A DNA stretch of 64,000 nucleotides from a bacterium (GTDB taxonomy: Bacteria > Bacillota > Clostridia > Oscillospirales > CAG-272). Below the pieces are notes generated by a model, which had not been told where the DNA came from, made no database searches, and saw only the letters and a program-made list of their open reading frames with translations. Position 1 is the first letter of the stretch; every line of letters begins with the position of its first letter. Location: assembly GCA_963643175.1 (NCBI GenBank), contig CAVIJF010000001.1, forward strand, positions 7,830 through 71,829, read 5' to 3'. Both the position numbers and the translations under genes were made by a program. Shown here one piece after another: positions 53,095 to 62,343 of this stretch.

Positions 53095-54567
53095 TCAGTC
53101 TGCGTAGTAGCGGTCGTAGTACACGTTGTTTTCGGCGGTTGCGACCGGGCGGTACGCACGCCAGAAGGGTGCACCGTCCAGCTCCAACTCCTGCACATTT
53201 GGCTGATACGACATAATCCGTGTATCGGAGCCGTGGTCATAGCGGTAGTACATCCCCTTCTGCCGCGCGGCACCGGCAAACAGGAAGGTGTGCAGGGCAT
53301 AGGTGCCGGAGCTGTTCGGTTTCACCAAAACGATGTCGCCCGGCTGGAGGTCGTTCTTGTCGGTGATTTCAATAAAGCCGTTTTTCTTCGCCCACGTGTG
53401 CATGGCGGACACCACCACGCCCTGCGTTACAGGCTGGTCGGTAAAGCCGACACGGTACATGACCCAGCAGACCAGTCGGTCACAGCTGACCTTCTTTGCC
53501 CGGTTGTTGATGGCGGGATTGATGGGTGCGTCGCCATATGTAAAGTGATTCTCGCGGGCATAGGTCGTCACATACTTTGCCTCGCGGAGAATGTCGCACT
53601 GGAGCAGTGTGTAGGGCGCATACACCACGTTTCCCTTTTCGTCGGCGATGCGGTAGCCGAGTTGTTTCCTCTTGTCGCAGAAGGATTTTGCCTCCTCAAG
53701 ACTCCCGGTCCCGAATGTGGCGCTCACCCCGGCATCATCGGTGCCTAACTTGTTCTGGTACAGGCAGACGTAGTAGCCTGCCTCCAGTCCCTCGGCAGGG
53801 ATATCATCGCCGTAGCCGGTTTTCCCGCTGGTGGTTGTGGAAATTTTGTTGTGGCTGTCCACATAGGATTTTCCTTCGCTTCGGTTGGAGAAGAACAGCA
53901 TCTCTCCCAAAATGAGGGTATCCCCTTTCCGGACATCCGTTGACCAGTCAAGGCGGCAACCGTTGTTGAAGCGTTTGACGTACTGCCCGTTGCGCTGGGC
54001 GCTGAGGTCAAGCATGACATACCACCAGCCGTCCCCGCCGATGTAGGAGCCGCTGACGGAACAGCCTGCCGTGGCGGTCGTCAGACTTCCGGTGGCGTAG
54101 AAAAGTTCTGCAAGTCCGCTCTCGCTGCACTTGACTTTGAGGACAATCGTTTTGACATTCTCCGGCGTGAAGGGCACATAACTGCCCGCGGCGGTTTTTT
54201 CGTACCCTGCGGCGTGGTACATATCGCTGATATTGAACGTAACCTGCGGATCGTTAGAGTTTTCACTCGCCGTCATCAGCACACCCTCCGTGCAAAGCGA
54301 CACTTCCGTGTCAACGGCAGTGGGGAAGGTCTGCTTCAGAATCGTCTCGTCAAAGCGAGAAAAATCCACCTGTTCGGCATGGGGAATATATCCCTCCGCG
54401 GCTTCCGTTTCGGTTTCGCGGTCGGTTTCTGTTACCGTATCGGACATACTGCTTTCCTCCGTTGACGTCCCGGTTTCGGGCGTATTGCTTTGTGGGGTAC
54501 TGCATCCGCCGCACAGCAGGCAGGCGCACAGCACGAGCAGAACGGCTCTGTTCGGTTTCGATTTCAT
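53095..54567 (-). CDS. Lipoprotein with a C-terminal NlpC/P60-like (papain-fold) cysteine peptidase domain
   Basis: RBS aaggag. Lipobox LLCGGCS, then a Thr/Glu-rich linker. The C-terminal region has VSCDRLVCWVMYRVGF (candidate nucleophile Cys), …GDIVLV… and ALHTFLFAG (candidate His). The peptidase call is by eye only. Confidence 0.65.
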   Translation of the reverse strand: MKSKPNRAVLLVLCACLLCGGCSTPQSNTPETGTSTEESSMSDTVTETDRETETEAAEGYIPHAEQVDFSRFDETILKQTFPTAVDTEVSLCTEGVLMTASENSNDPQVTFNISDMYHAAGYEKTAAGSYVPFTPENVKTIVLKVKCSESGLAELFYATGSLTTATAGCSVSGSYIGGDGWWYVMLDLSAQRNGQYVKRFNNGCRLDWSTDVRKGDTLILGEMLFFSNRSEGKSYVDSHNKISTTTSGKTGYGDDIPAEGLEAGYYVCLYQNKLGTDDAGVSATFGTGSLEEAKSFCDKRKQLGYRIADEKGNVVYAPYTLLQCDILREAKYVTTYARENHFTYGDAPINPAINNRAKKVSCDRLVCWVMYRVGFTDQPVTQGVVVSAMHTWAKKNGFIEITDKNDLQPGDIVLVKPNSSGTYALHTFLFAGAARQKGMYYRYDHGSDTRIMSYQPNVQELELDGAPFWRAYRPVATAENNVYYDRYYAD

Positions 54568-54651
54568 AGGTGGCTCCTTGGTTTTGATTCGGCGGTCTGC
54601 ATCCGCCGTCCTGATGCCGGACTTCCGCTCAATGCCGGAAGCCGTGTGGGC

Positions 54652-54680
54652 ATTATATCATATTATGATGGGAAAGTCAA
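54652..54680 (-). promoter_or_regulatory. Sigma-A type promoter for the 53095..54567 gene
   Basis: The minus strand reads TTGACT (54675-54680), 17 nt, TATAAT (54652-54657). Confidence 0.6.
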
Positions 54681-54760
54681 TAGTTTTTGCGGTAATTTTA
54701 TGGAACGGTTATCGGCTCTGTCCTGCCTTCGCATAAGCCTTTTGCCCCCGGCATATGCGG

Positions 54761-55321
54761 TCACTCCTCCGTGTCCGACAGATGAACCACCGTGTACCCG
54801 TGACTGACAGCGGGGAGAAACACATCAAACACATCATGCGTGCGCAGACGCAGACTGGACGTGTTGATGCAGGGATGACAGCCGACGTACTCCCCCGCTA
54901 AAACGTCCGCATCCACCAGCAGACGCACACGGCAGTCGGAGTCGTTCATCAGCCCCATGACGCTGACAGAGCCGGGCGTGATGTCCAGCAACTGCTCCAT
55001 CGCGTCGGGGGCACCGAAGGACAGCCGCGCCGACCCGATCTGCGCCGACAGCTGCCGGGTGTGAAATACCTTGTCCCCGGGAATCATAAGAAGGTAGTAC
55101 TGTGTCTTCTGGCGGTTGCAGAGGAACAGATTCTTGCAGATGACCGCGTGCAGGGCGCTGTCAATATCGGCGCAGACCTCCATGGTTTCCGCTGCGGGAT
55201 GGTCAATCCGACCATAGGGAATGTGCAGACTGTCCAGCAGGTCATAGACCCGAATTTCCTTGCCCGGGCGCCCCGCCGTGTCGGCGGGGCGCCCGTTTTG
55301 CAGTATCAGTGCCATATTCAC
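54761..55321 (-). CDS. YbaK/ProX-type aminoacyl-tRNA editing domain protein
   Basis: 186 aa. …[26 protein letters not shown]…[17 protein letters not shown]… matches the YbaK/prolyl-tRNA-synthetase-associated domain. The start overlaps the ruvB stop. Confidence 0.78.
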   Translation of the reverse strand: MNMALILQNGRPADTAGRPGKEIRVYDLLDSLHIPYGRIDHPAAETMEVCADIDSALHAVICKNLFLCNRQKTQYYLLMIPGDKVFHTRQLSAQIGSARLSFGAPDAMEQLLDITPGSVSVMGLMNDSDCRVRLLVDADVLAGEYVGCHPCINTSSLRLRTHDVFDVFLPAVSHGYTVVHLSDTEE

Positions 55322-56499
55322 TCGTTCTCCGTGTCAAATGCGCTAATTTGCGTACCGGCTATGCCGGTGCCCGGCGCACCCGCGCCGGCAGGGGGCTTGA
55401 TGCCAAGGTGCTCGTAGGCAAGCCGCGTGACGTAACGTCCGCGCGGCGTGCGGCTGATAAAGCCCAGCTGCATGAGGTACGGCTCGTACACGTCCTCGAT
55501 GGTGACGGCTTCCTCTCCGACCGTGGCGGCGAGCGTATCCAGGCCCACCGGTCCGCCGCCGTAGAAGCGGATAATCGCCTCTATCATGCGGCGGTCGGTG
55601 TTGTCCAGCCCCAGATTGTCGATTTCCAGCCTGTCCAGCGCGTAGCCCGCCGTGGCGGCATCAATTTCGGTCTTGCCCTGCACCTGCGCGAAATCCCGCA
55701 CGCGCTTGAGCAGGCGGTTGGCAATACGCGGCGTTCCGCGCGACCGGGACGCCAGCTCAAAGGAGCCGTCCGGCGAGATGGGAATGCCCAGAATGGATGC
55801 GCTGCGGCGCACGATGCGCGCCAACTGCTCCGGCGTATATAGCTCCAGCTTGAAGATAACGCCGAAGCGGTCGCGCAGCGGCGTGGTCAGCTGTCCGGCA
55901 CGTGTGGTTGCACCGATCAGCGTGAATTTGGGCAGATCAATGCGGATGCTCCGGGCGGTCGGTCCTTTGCCGATAACGAAATCCACTTCGAAATCTTCCA
56001 TTGCGGGGTACAGAATTTCTTCAATCATGCGCGGCAGGCGGTGAATTTCGTCGATGAACAGAACGTCGCCCTCGTTGAGATTGGTCAGCAGTGCCACCAG
56101 ATCGCCCTTTTTCTCGATGGAGGGACCCGACGTGATGCGCAGATTCACGCCCATCTCGGCGGCGATGATATTGGACAGTGTGGTTTTTCCGAGTCCGGGA
56201 GGTCCGTAGAGCAGGACGTGATCCAGCGGTTCGTGCCGCTGGCGCGCCGCCTCCATGTACACGCGCAGATTCTCCTTTACCTTGTCCTGCCCGATGTAGT
56301 CCTCCAGCCGCCGGGGGCGCAGGGATGCCTCCGGGTCTGCGTCCTCCGGTCTTTCCGCCGGTGAGACAATGCGGTTCTCAAAGTCATAGTCCCCGCCGTC
56401 GTCCCCGTCGTAGGCGACGTTGACTAAATCGGAGAGAATCAGCTCCCCGTCGGCGGCGTCTGCGCCGGCGGGAGCGCCTTTCTTTCGCTTGGTACTCAT
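55318..56499 (-). CDS. ruvB: Holliday junction branch migration helicase RuvB
   Basis: [12 protein letters not shown], Walker [16 protein letters not shown] and [11 protein letters not shown]. It has N- and C-terminal low-complexity extensions. Confidence 0.95.
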   Translation of the reverse strand: MSTKRKKGAPAGADAADGELILSDLVNVAYDGDDGGDYDFENRIVSPAERPEDADPEASLRPRRLEDYIGQDKVKENLRVYMEAARQRHEPLDHVLLYGPPGLGKTTLSNIIAAEMGVNLRITSGPSIEKKGDLVALLTNLNEGDVLFIDEIHRLPRMIEEILYPAMEDFEVDFVIGKGPTARSIRIDLPKFTLIGATTRAGQLTTPLRDRFGVIFKLELYTPEQLARIVRRSASILGIPISPDGSFELASRSRGTPRIANRLLKRVRDFAQVQGKTEIDAATAGYALDRLEIDNLGLDNTDRRMIEAIIRFYGGGPVGLDTLAATVGEEAVTIEDVYEPYLMQLGFISRTPRGRYVTRLAYEHLGIKPPAGAGAPGTGIAGTQISAFDTENE

Positions 56500-56514
56500 C
56501 TGATTACCCTCCCC

Positions 56515-57153
56515 TTACGGTTTCATCAGCCGTTTGAGCGCTTCCCGGATGATATCCTCCAGGGACAGCGCGGCTATGTCAATGGATTTCAGTGCGCTCT
56601 GCGCCTCGGCGCGGGTGTATCCCAGCACCAGCAGAGCATCCTGCGCCTCGCTCAGCTTTCCGCGTGCGGGGGCGCCCGCTTCCTCGGCGGTATGGTCGGT
56701 GATGGCGGCGGACAGGTCGCTGTCGTCCATGTGCGTTTCCTTCATGAACTTGTCCTTCAGCTCCAGAATAATCCGGGCGGCTGTCTTGGGCCCGACGCCG
56801 GGCGCCTTGGCGATTGCCTTGCGATCCTCGGTGCAGACTGCCAGCGCGAACTTTTCCGGCGTCATGAGCGACAGGATGGACAGTGCCGCCCGGGGACCGA
56901 CGCCAGACACGGACAGAAGCATCCGGAAGGACGAAAGCTCGCGCTCGTCGCGGAATCCGAACAGTTCTATGTCGTTCTCACGCACCGACAGATAGGTGTA
57001 CAGCAGCACCTCGGGTGGCTCGGTCAGGGTGGGGCGGGGCAGGGCGCGGTAGGTCGTTTCACTGATGGTCATGCGGTAGCCGACCCCTGCCGCTTCCACC
57101 ACGGCAAGCGAAGGGGAGGAGACGGTCAGTCCGCCTTTGATGTAGTAGAACAT
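56515..57153 (-). CDS. ruvA: Holliday junction DNA-binding protein RuvA
   Basis: MFYYIKGGL…GVGYRM… N-terminus and paired HhH motifs (VSGVGPRAAL, APGVGPKTAARI). Confidence 0.93.
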   Translation of the reverse strand: MFYYIKGGLTVSSPSLAVVEAAGVGYRMTISETTYRALPRPTLTEPPEVLLYTYLSVRENDIELFGFRDERELSSFRMLLSVSGVGPRAALSILSLMTPEKFALAVCTEDRKAIAKAPGVGPKTAARIILELKDKFMKETHMDDSDLSAAITDHTAEEAGAPARGKLSEAQDALLVLGYTRAEAQSALKSIDIAALSLEDIIREALKRLMKP

Positions 57154-57192
57154 GGAATATTCCTTTCATGCAACTTTCTTGCGGATAGAAAG

Positions 57193-57218
57193 GGAGCCGG
57201 GCGGGTGTGCCCGGCTCC
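57193..57218 (-). terminator. Weak candidate terminator/attenuator between yfhO and ruvA
   Basis: ggagccgggc / loop / gcccggctcc (10-bp stem). The minus-strand tail ctttctatcc is only moderately U-rich. Confidence 0.35.
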
Positions 57219-57225
57219 GGGAAGA

Positions 57226-60200
57226 TTATTTTTTATCCGGCTTTTTCCCACGCGGTCGGGTATCCTTCTGGTCGGGCACCTCGTCAATATCCTCCGGCGC
57301 GTCGGGCGGAACCGGATCCACATCCGGCGTTTCGTACCCGATGTCACCGGGGAGCAGGGCGGTGTCATCCCCTGCCGGGTCGGCGGACGGGAGCGGGTCA
57401 CCGGGCACGGTCAGCACGCCGTGCAGAACCGGGATACGCACGAGCCAACGGTACAGAACCAGCAGGACGGCGAAAATCAGTATCGCCACAACGGAAACCG
57501 CCAGCCCGAAGGAGACGGTATGCGGCATATAGCGCAATTCCAGCGTATGCTCTCCGGCGCCATCGATGCGGAAGCCGAGCAGGGCGTCCGCCGAGCGACA
57601 CACCTCGACCTTCCTTCCGTCCACATACACATTCCAGCCTTCGTCATAGGGGATGGTTGTGGCAATCAGCTGGCTGTCCTGCACGGTGGTAATGCTGCCG
57701 GTCAGATGGTCGTCCGGGCAGTTGTCGTCAATTTGATAGCCCATCTTTTGCAGGCGGGTCATGGCGTCCGCCAGAACATCCATATCGATGTAGTAGATGT
57801 AGGAGTCGTACACCGTACCCTCGGCATTCTTCTGCCGGATATACAGGTTGTTGGAGCTGTTCTTGATGGTCAGCTTCAGCGTCAGGTCGGATTTCGCGGA
57901 CTGCCCGATGGAGGCGATACGGCGGTAGGTGGAATCCGAGCCGCCGTCAAAGCCGCCCTTGGAGCTTCCGTTGACTGCCACCTTGACCTCGCGCGGGTAG
58001 CTGCTGGGGATATAGAGGTAAAGATTGGTGCCGGTGGGAACCTCGTAGTGAAGGGTGATGGACGCCTCGGTGTCCTTGGAGTCTACCGTCCACTTGTAGT
58101 GACTGTCAATGGTGTTCCCGTAGGTGCAGTTGGATGTTTCGGCGTTGGCGGTCGGCGTGACCTGCGTAGTCTTTTTGAATACCTCAATCGGCTTGTCCTC
58201 GCCGAGCATGGCGGCGAGCATCTGATTGTACAGTTCCATCGGTGTGTTGTACACGTCCGTCCGTTTGCCCTGACTGTCCTCTGTGAACACATGGAACTGC
58301 TCGTAGGCATCGGCAACGCCGAAGACCAGCGAGAGCGCGTAGGGGTTGCGGTACACATCCGGGTGGCTCACGGGGGTGAAATCCTCGTCGTATTGGAACA
58401 CTTCATTCTTGTACACCGGTTCGCCGTATATGTCGGACATATTCTGATCTGTGACCAGATACCGGATGCCGAAGAGCGAGTCGGTCACGGGATTGCTGTC
58501 CACATACTTTGACCAGTGGGACTTGGATACGCATCCCATGGTGTCCAGCAGGTCAATGACATCCTGATTCAGCGTGGAGGTGGAGCAGGTCAGCCCCTTG
58601 AACTGCAGTGCGAAGTTGTCTGTTTTCTGTCGCCCGTAGGTCTTTTCGGTGCGGTAGAATCCGGCGTCCCCGTCCCGGATTGTTTCCGCAATGGGCAGGA
58701 AGGTTTTCAGGTAATTGTTATAGGTGGAGTAGCCGGTGTGCCCCACGTCCTTGATAAAGGATTGTGTTTCGGACAGCCCGCTGAGGAACACCTCGGTGCA
58801 GACAAGGAATGCCAGAACGGCTGTAGCCGTGTTGGTTGCCCGCTTGGTGCGTCCGGCGACGCAGATCAGGACGAAGTAGGCGAGCAGGCAGCCCAGCCCC
58901 AGCCACACTGTGGCGAAGGGGCGCACGGCGCTGAAGTCATCGGCGGTGGGCTGCTGATTGGGGAGCGCCAGCAGGTGCTCCAGGATGGGGGCACGCAGCG
59001 CCTGCAGAATCAGAATATAGACAGACCACGCGGCAGTGACCAGCAGCAGCGACCTGCGGGGGATGAAATTCACCTGCAGGAAAGCCCGGTACGCCAGCGT
59101 CAGCAGGAAGAAGCTGAGCATGAAACTGTAACGGTAGTTGAGCCAGTTGGGCTTTTGGAATCCGTGCCAGATAAGGTCCAGGTCGCTGACCGCAAAGGAC
59201 AGGACAAAGAGCAGAATGAAGCATCCGGCGGCAATCTTTTCCCGGTCGGAGAACTTCCGGCAGAGGAAGAAGGCAGGCGCCATCAGAATAGTCAGCACGC
59301 CGCAGTACACGAAAGGCAGACCTGCGGGGCGGATGGTATCGTAGGAGGAGGGGAGGAACTTGTACAGCAGGAGGTACAGGTCGAATTTCTGCGTGACATC
59401 CCAGCTGGGGTTGGAGAAGTCGTTCTTGCCGAAGCTGAGCGAATACCTTGCGGACAGGATGGTCAGCGCCGCCATACACACGGCGAGAGCCGACCACAGC
59501 GCCACGCGCCCGACCGACTTTGCAAAGTGATTGCGCTCGCCCATCGGGTTATTTTCGTTGTTGCGGTTGTGGGCGAAGTAGTAGAAGAAGCTGTACGCGA
59601 CGACGTAAATGCAGACCATGTAGCCGATGTAGTAGTGGCTGTACAGCGTGATGGCGAGGGAAAAGACGAACAGGCGGAAATGACCCTTTTTAATCAGCTC
59701 CTCCAGCCCGTAGGTGAGCAGCGGCAGCCAGATCATGACGTCCAGCCACATGGAGTTGCTTTGGTTTTCGATAGCGTAGGAGCAGAGCGCATACATGGTG
59801 GAGAAGGCGACAACCGCCAGCCGGTTGGGTTTTCCGTTGCTGTGCCGGTGCAGGTAGAAGCCCATGGTCAGACCCATCAGCCCGGTTTTGAGTGTGAAGA
59901 GCGTCAGGAGAGCCTCCAGCATCCGGGTTATGGGAAACAGCGCGATAATCCATGCAAACGGGCTTGCCACGTAGTAGTCAAAGATACCGAGAAATTCTCC
60001 GCCCAGCTCACGGGAGAAGGAGTACAGCAGACTGCCGTCCCCGTGCAGGAAATTCCACAGGGCGTTATAAAATCCGACGTACTGCGCGTTCAGATCCAGC
60101 GTCAGCACACTGTAATCCCCGAACGGGTGCACGCCCTGCGAAATATACAGGAGCAGGAAAAGTATGGCAGGAATTCCGCCGGCAATGAGCAGGTAGCCGT

Positions 60201-60309
60201 ACTCGTTCCGCCACGACCCGAAACGTCGGCGCAGGCGTGCCATGCGTGTTTCGGCGGCAGGTGCACCATCTGTGCTGTGCAGGGACACATCCGGTTGATT
60301 CTGATTCAT
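57226..60309 (-). CDS. yfhO: YfhO-family polytopic membrane protein (putative glycosyltransferase)
   Basis: 1027 aa. …HPFGDYSVLTLDLNAQYVGFYNALWNFLHGDGSLLYSFSRELGGEF… is the typical YfhO N-terminus. Many TM helices plus a large extracellular C-terminal domain. Confidence 0.85.
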   Translation of the reverse strand: MNQNQPDVSLHSTDGAPAAETRMARLRRRFGSWRNEYGYLLIAGGIPAILFLLLYISQGVHPFGDYSVLTLDLNAQYVGFYNALWNFLHGDGSLLYSFSRELGGEFLGIFDYYVASPFAWIIALFPITRMLEALLTLFTLKTGLMGLTMGFYLHRHSNGKPNRLAVVAFSTMYALCSYAIENQSNSMWLDVMIWLPLLTYGLEELIKKGHFRLFVFSLAITLYSHYYIGYMVCIYVVAYSFFYYFAHNRNNENNPMGERNHFAKSVGRVALWSALAVCMAALTILSARYSLSFGKNDFSNPSWDVTQKFDLYLLLYKFLPSSYDTIRPAGLPFVYCGVLTILMAPAFFLCRKFSDREKIAAGCFILLFVLSFAVSDLDLIWHGFQKPNWLNYRYSFMLSFFLLTLAYRAFLQVNFIPRRSLLLVTAAWSVYILILQALRAPILEHLLALPNQQPTADDFSAVRPFATVWLGLGCLLAYFVLICVAGRTKRATNTATAVLAFLVCTEVFLSGLSETQSFIKDVGHTGYSTYNNYLKTFLPIAETIRDGDAGFYRTEKTYGRQKTDNFALQFKGLTCSTSTLNQDVIDLLDTMGCVSKSHWSKYVDSNPVTDSLFGIRYLVTDQNMSDIYGEPVYKNEVFQYDEDFTPVSHPDVYRNPYALSLVFGVADAYEQFHVFTEDSQGKRTDVYNTPMELYNQMLAAMLGEDKPIEVFKKTTQVTPTANAETSNCTYGNTIDSHYKWTVDSKDTEASITLHYEVPTGTNLYLYIPSSYPREVKVAVNGSSKGGFDGGSDSTYRRIASIGQSAKSDLTLKLTIKNSSNNLYIRQKNAEGTVYDSYIYYIDMDVLADAMTRLQKMGYQIDDNCPDDHLTGSITTVQDSQLIATTIPYDEGWNVYVDGRKVEVCRSADALLGFRIDGAGEHTLELRYMPHTVSFGLAVSVVAILIFAVLLVLYRWLVRIPVLHGVLTVPGDPLPSADPAGDDTALLPGDIGYETPDVDPVPPDAPEDIDEVPDQKDTRPRGKKPDKK

Positions 60310-60347
60310 GATTCCGATAATCCTTTCTTCTTTACACGTCGCGTGTC

Positions 60348-60560
60348 TTATCCGTTACTTCCGGGCGTATCCGGGGGCGTTTCCACCCGACGAACCGCTT
60401 TTTCCAGCCGCAGGCGGTCAAAGGTCATATCCCGCCCGCAGCCCAGACACAGAACCCGCACCTCGCTGCCCGCACGCAGCACACGGAAGCGGGTTGAACC
60501 GCAGGGATGCTTTTTCTTCAGCTCCAGCACATCGCCGGGCTTCATACGGATAATCGGCAA
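60348..60560 (-). CDS. DUF951-family small protein
   Basis: 70 aa. GDVLELKKKHPCGSTRFRVLRAGSEVRVLCLGCGRDM is the DUF951 signature. TTG start 8 nt after aaggggg. Confidence 0.8.
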   Translation of the reverse strand: MPIIRMKPGDVLELKKKHPCGSTRFRVLRAGSEVRVLCLGCGRDMTFDRLRLEKAVRRVETPPDTPGSNG

Positions 60561-60604
60561 CGTGCTTTCCCCCTTTTCGGCATCATCCGGAAGTTTTCCT
60601 CCCC

Positions 60605-60633
60605 ATTATAGCACAAATATTCCGTCTTGTAAA
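60605..60633 (-). promoter_or_regulatory. Sigma-A type promoter for the DUF951-yfhO-ruvAB transcript
   Basis: The minus strand reads TTTACA (60628-60633), 17 nt, TGcTATAAT (-10 at 60605-60610). Confidence 0.6.
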
Positions 60634-61019
60634 CCCATTTTCGGATTTTTCACACAGCAACGTCGCCTGCTTTTCCGGACTGCCGGATAATTGCCGTTCC
60701 GGTATGTGCTTTTTTGGGGGGCTGTTTTCCGGCAATGTGGGCTGTGTACCGCCCCGGCATTTTTTCAGGGGAGCGCCTCGCATCTCCCGGATTCCCTTCT
60801 GCGGCTGAAGGGTAACCGGGAGATGCGGGGCACAAGTCCCCGCCGGAAGCCGAAACGGCACATCTCCTGCCTTACTCCATCTCCCGCCGCAGTTTTTGCT
60901 GATTTTTCTTTTCCAGCCTGGATATGTTGGACTGCGACCCGTGTCGCTCCCGGACGGACGAAAGTGCGGAATCCTGCGACAGGATGCCCGCCTTCTTTCT
61001 GAAAATTCATAAATACCGC

Positions 61020-61048
61020 TTGAAATCGGCGCCGATACCCTGTATAAT
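61020..61048 (+). promoter_or_regulatory. Sigma-A type promoter for the 61163 operon
   Basis: TTGAAA (61020-61025), 17 nt, TGTATAAT (-10 at 61043-61048). Confidence 0.6.
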
Positions 61049-61162
61049 AGGGACACTGCAGTCTGTCTGGCGGCACACCGTGATGCAGTATCCTATACGG
61101 AACCGCCCGGAATATGACTGCCCGGGCGGATTCCGGACAGAAAAGCAGGGGAGGCAGTGACT

Positions 61163-61741
61163 ATGCGCAGAAAAACCCGAAGACCCGCCGTCTGGTTGGC
61201 GGCAGGTATCCTTATCGCGGCGGTTCCGCTCTCCGGCGGCTGTTCGCAGCGTGACCGGCCCGCCGCGGAGAGCGCCGCATCCGCCACGACGGCTCCGGTG
61301 CAGGTCGAGCAGGCGGGAATGGTTCTGCGTTCCGGGCTGAGCCGCTCCAATTATGCAGGCAACGAGGCTGTGGAAGCATGGGTGAAGCGCTGTTCGGAGG
61401 ACGATACGGGCACGTTTGACGCCTTCGCCCTGTACAGCGTCTATGTGGACGGGGAAACCGCCACGCACCGATACCTGATTCTGCGGCAGGAGACGTCGCC
61501 CGGCATCGTTGCGTCCGGCAGGGTTCTGCGCCGGGCTGACGGGGGCATGGCAGACTGCGAACTGGAAATCACGTATGCGTATACGAATGCGGATATGGCG
61601 GACTCCGTCGGAGGTGAGCTGCTGTTCGTGACGGTCATGTTGCCCGCAGACGATCAGCCGGTGCTGACGCTGATTGCCGGGGAGGATTCGCTGTCCTACC
61701 GGCTGACGCGCACGGATGCGTCATTGGAACCGATTCTGTAA
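61163..61741 (+). CDS. Hypothetical lipoprotein
   Basis: ATG 8 nt after ggggagg. Signal peptide plus lipobox (…AAVPLSGGCS). I recognise no family. Confidence 0.6.
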   Translation: MRRKTRRPAVWLAAGILIAAVPLSGGCSQRDRPAAESAASATTAPVQVEQAGMVLRSGLSRSNYAGNEAVEAWVKRCSEDDTGTFDAFALYSVYVDGETATHRYLILRQETSPGIVASGRVLRRADGGMADCELEITYAYTNADMADSVGGELLFVTVMLPADDQPVLTLIAGEDSLSYRLTRTDASLEPIL

Positions 61742-61824
61742 GAAATCGCTGATTTCGCTGATTTATCTGGCGGCGCATCAGGACTGTGCCGCAAGGGAAA
61801 GGAACCAAGGGAAAGGAACACTGT

Positions 61825-62343
61825 ATGAACACCGAAACCAAGCAGGCAAGACTGTGCCTGATTCTTGCCGCGGCGTGCGCCGTGCTGGCACTGCTATTCG
61901 CGGGACTGTGGCTGTTTGTGCGGCATGACCAGTCGGATTCCGCCCGCGCTGCGCAGGAAGAGGCGGCAGTCTGCCGGGATGCATGGAGAACCTATGGGGA
62001 GACCGGCGGGGAGGAGGACGCGGTGCGGGCGCTTGCCTCACTGTACGCTTTCGCGCGGGACATGGAGCCGCTGACCGCCGGCACATCCCGGGCGGAGTAT
62101 CCGTCCTACTGCATGGAGGTATACCGCCTGCTGACCGGGAAGCCGGAGCTGTGCCGGTCTTATGCCGCCGTTCTGGAGAAGCAGTTCCGGCTGTTGGCGG
62201 GGGACATTTACCACGTCAACGCCTACGCCGAGCTGAAGCGGCTGATCCCGTCATTGGAGAGCGGTGTCCTGCCGGAGACCGCGACCGCCACCGAAGCCCT
62301 CCCGGCGGCATCCGACCGGACGGAGGAGAGTACCTATGCATAA
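61825..62343 (+). CDS. Hypothetical N-terminally membrane-anchored protein
   Basis: Internal ATG after gggaaaggaa. A single TM helix (LCLILAAACAVLALLFAGLWLFV) followed by a helical soluble domain. Confidence 0.55.
   Translation: MNTETKQARLCLILAAACAVLALLFAGLWLFVRHDQSDSARAAQEEAAVCRDAWRTYGETGGEEDAVRALASLYAFARDMEPLTAGTSRAEYPSYCMEVYRLLTGKPELCRSYAAVLEKQFRLLAGDIYHVNAYAELKRLIPSLESGVLPETATATEALPAASDRTEESTYA

Noticed and set aside
55318-56499. RuvB is about 37 aa longer at the N-terminus (acidic) and about 20 aa longer at the C-terminus (Gly/Ala/Pro-rich) than E. coli RuvB.
   Set aside because: Low-complexity terminal extensions are common lineage-specific decorations. An internal start cannot be excluded for the N-terminus. 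There is no evidence of a fused domain.
60583-61076. ORFs of 103-157 aa on both strands of the 60634-61019 intergenic region.
   Set aside because: They have no RBS, biased Arg/Pro/Gly composition and mutual overlap. They lie between two outward-facing promoters.
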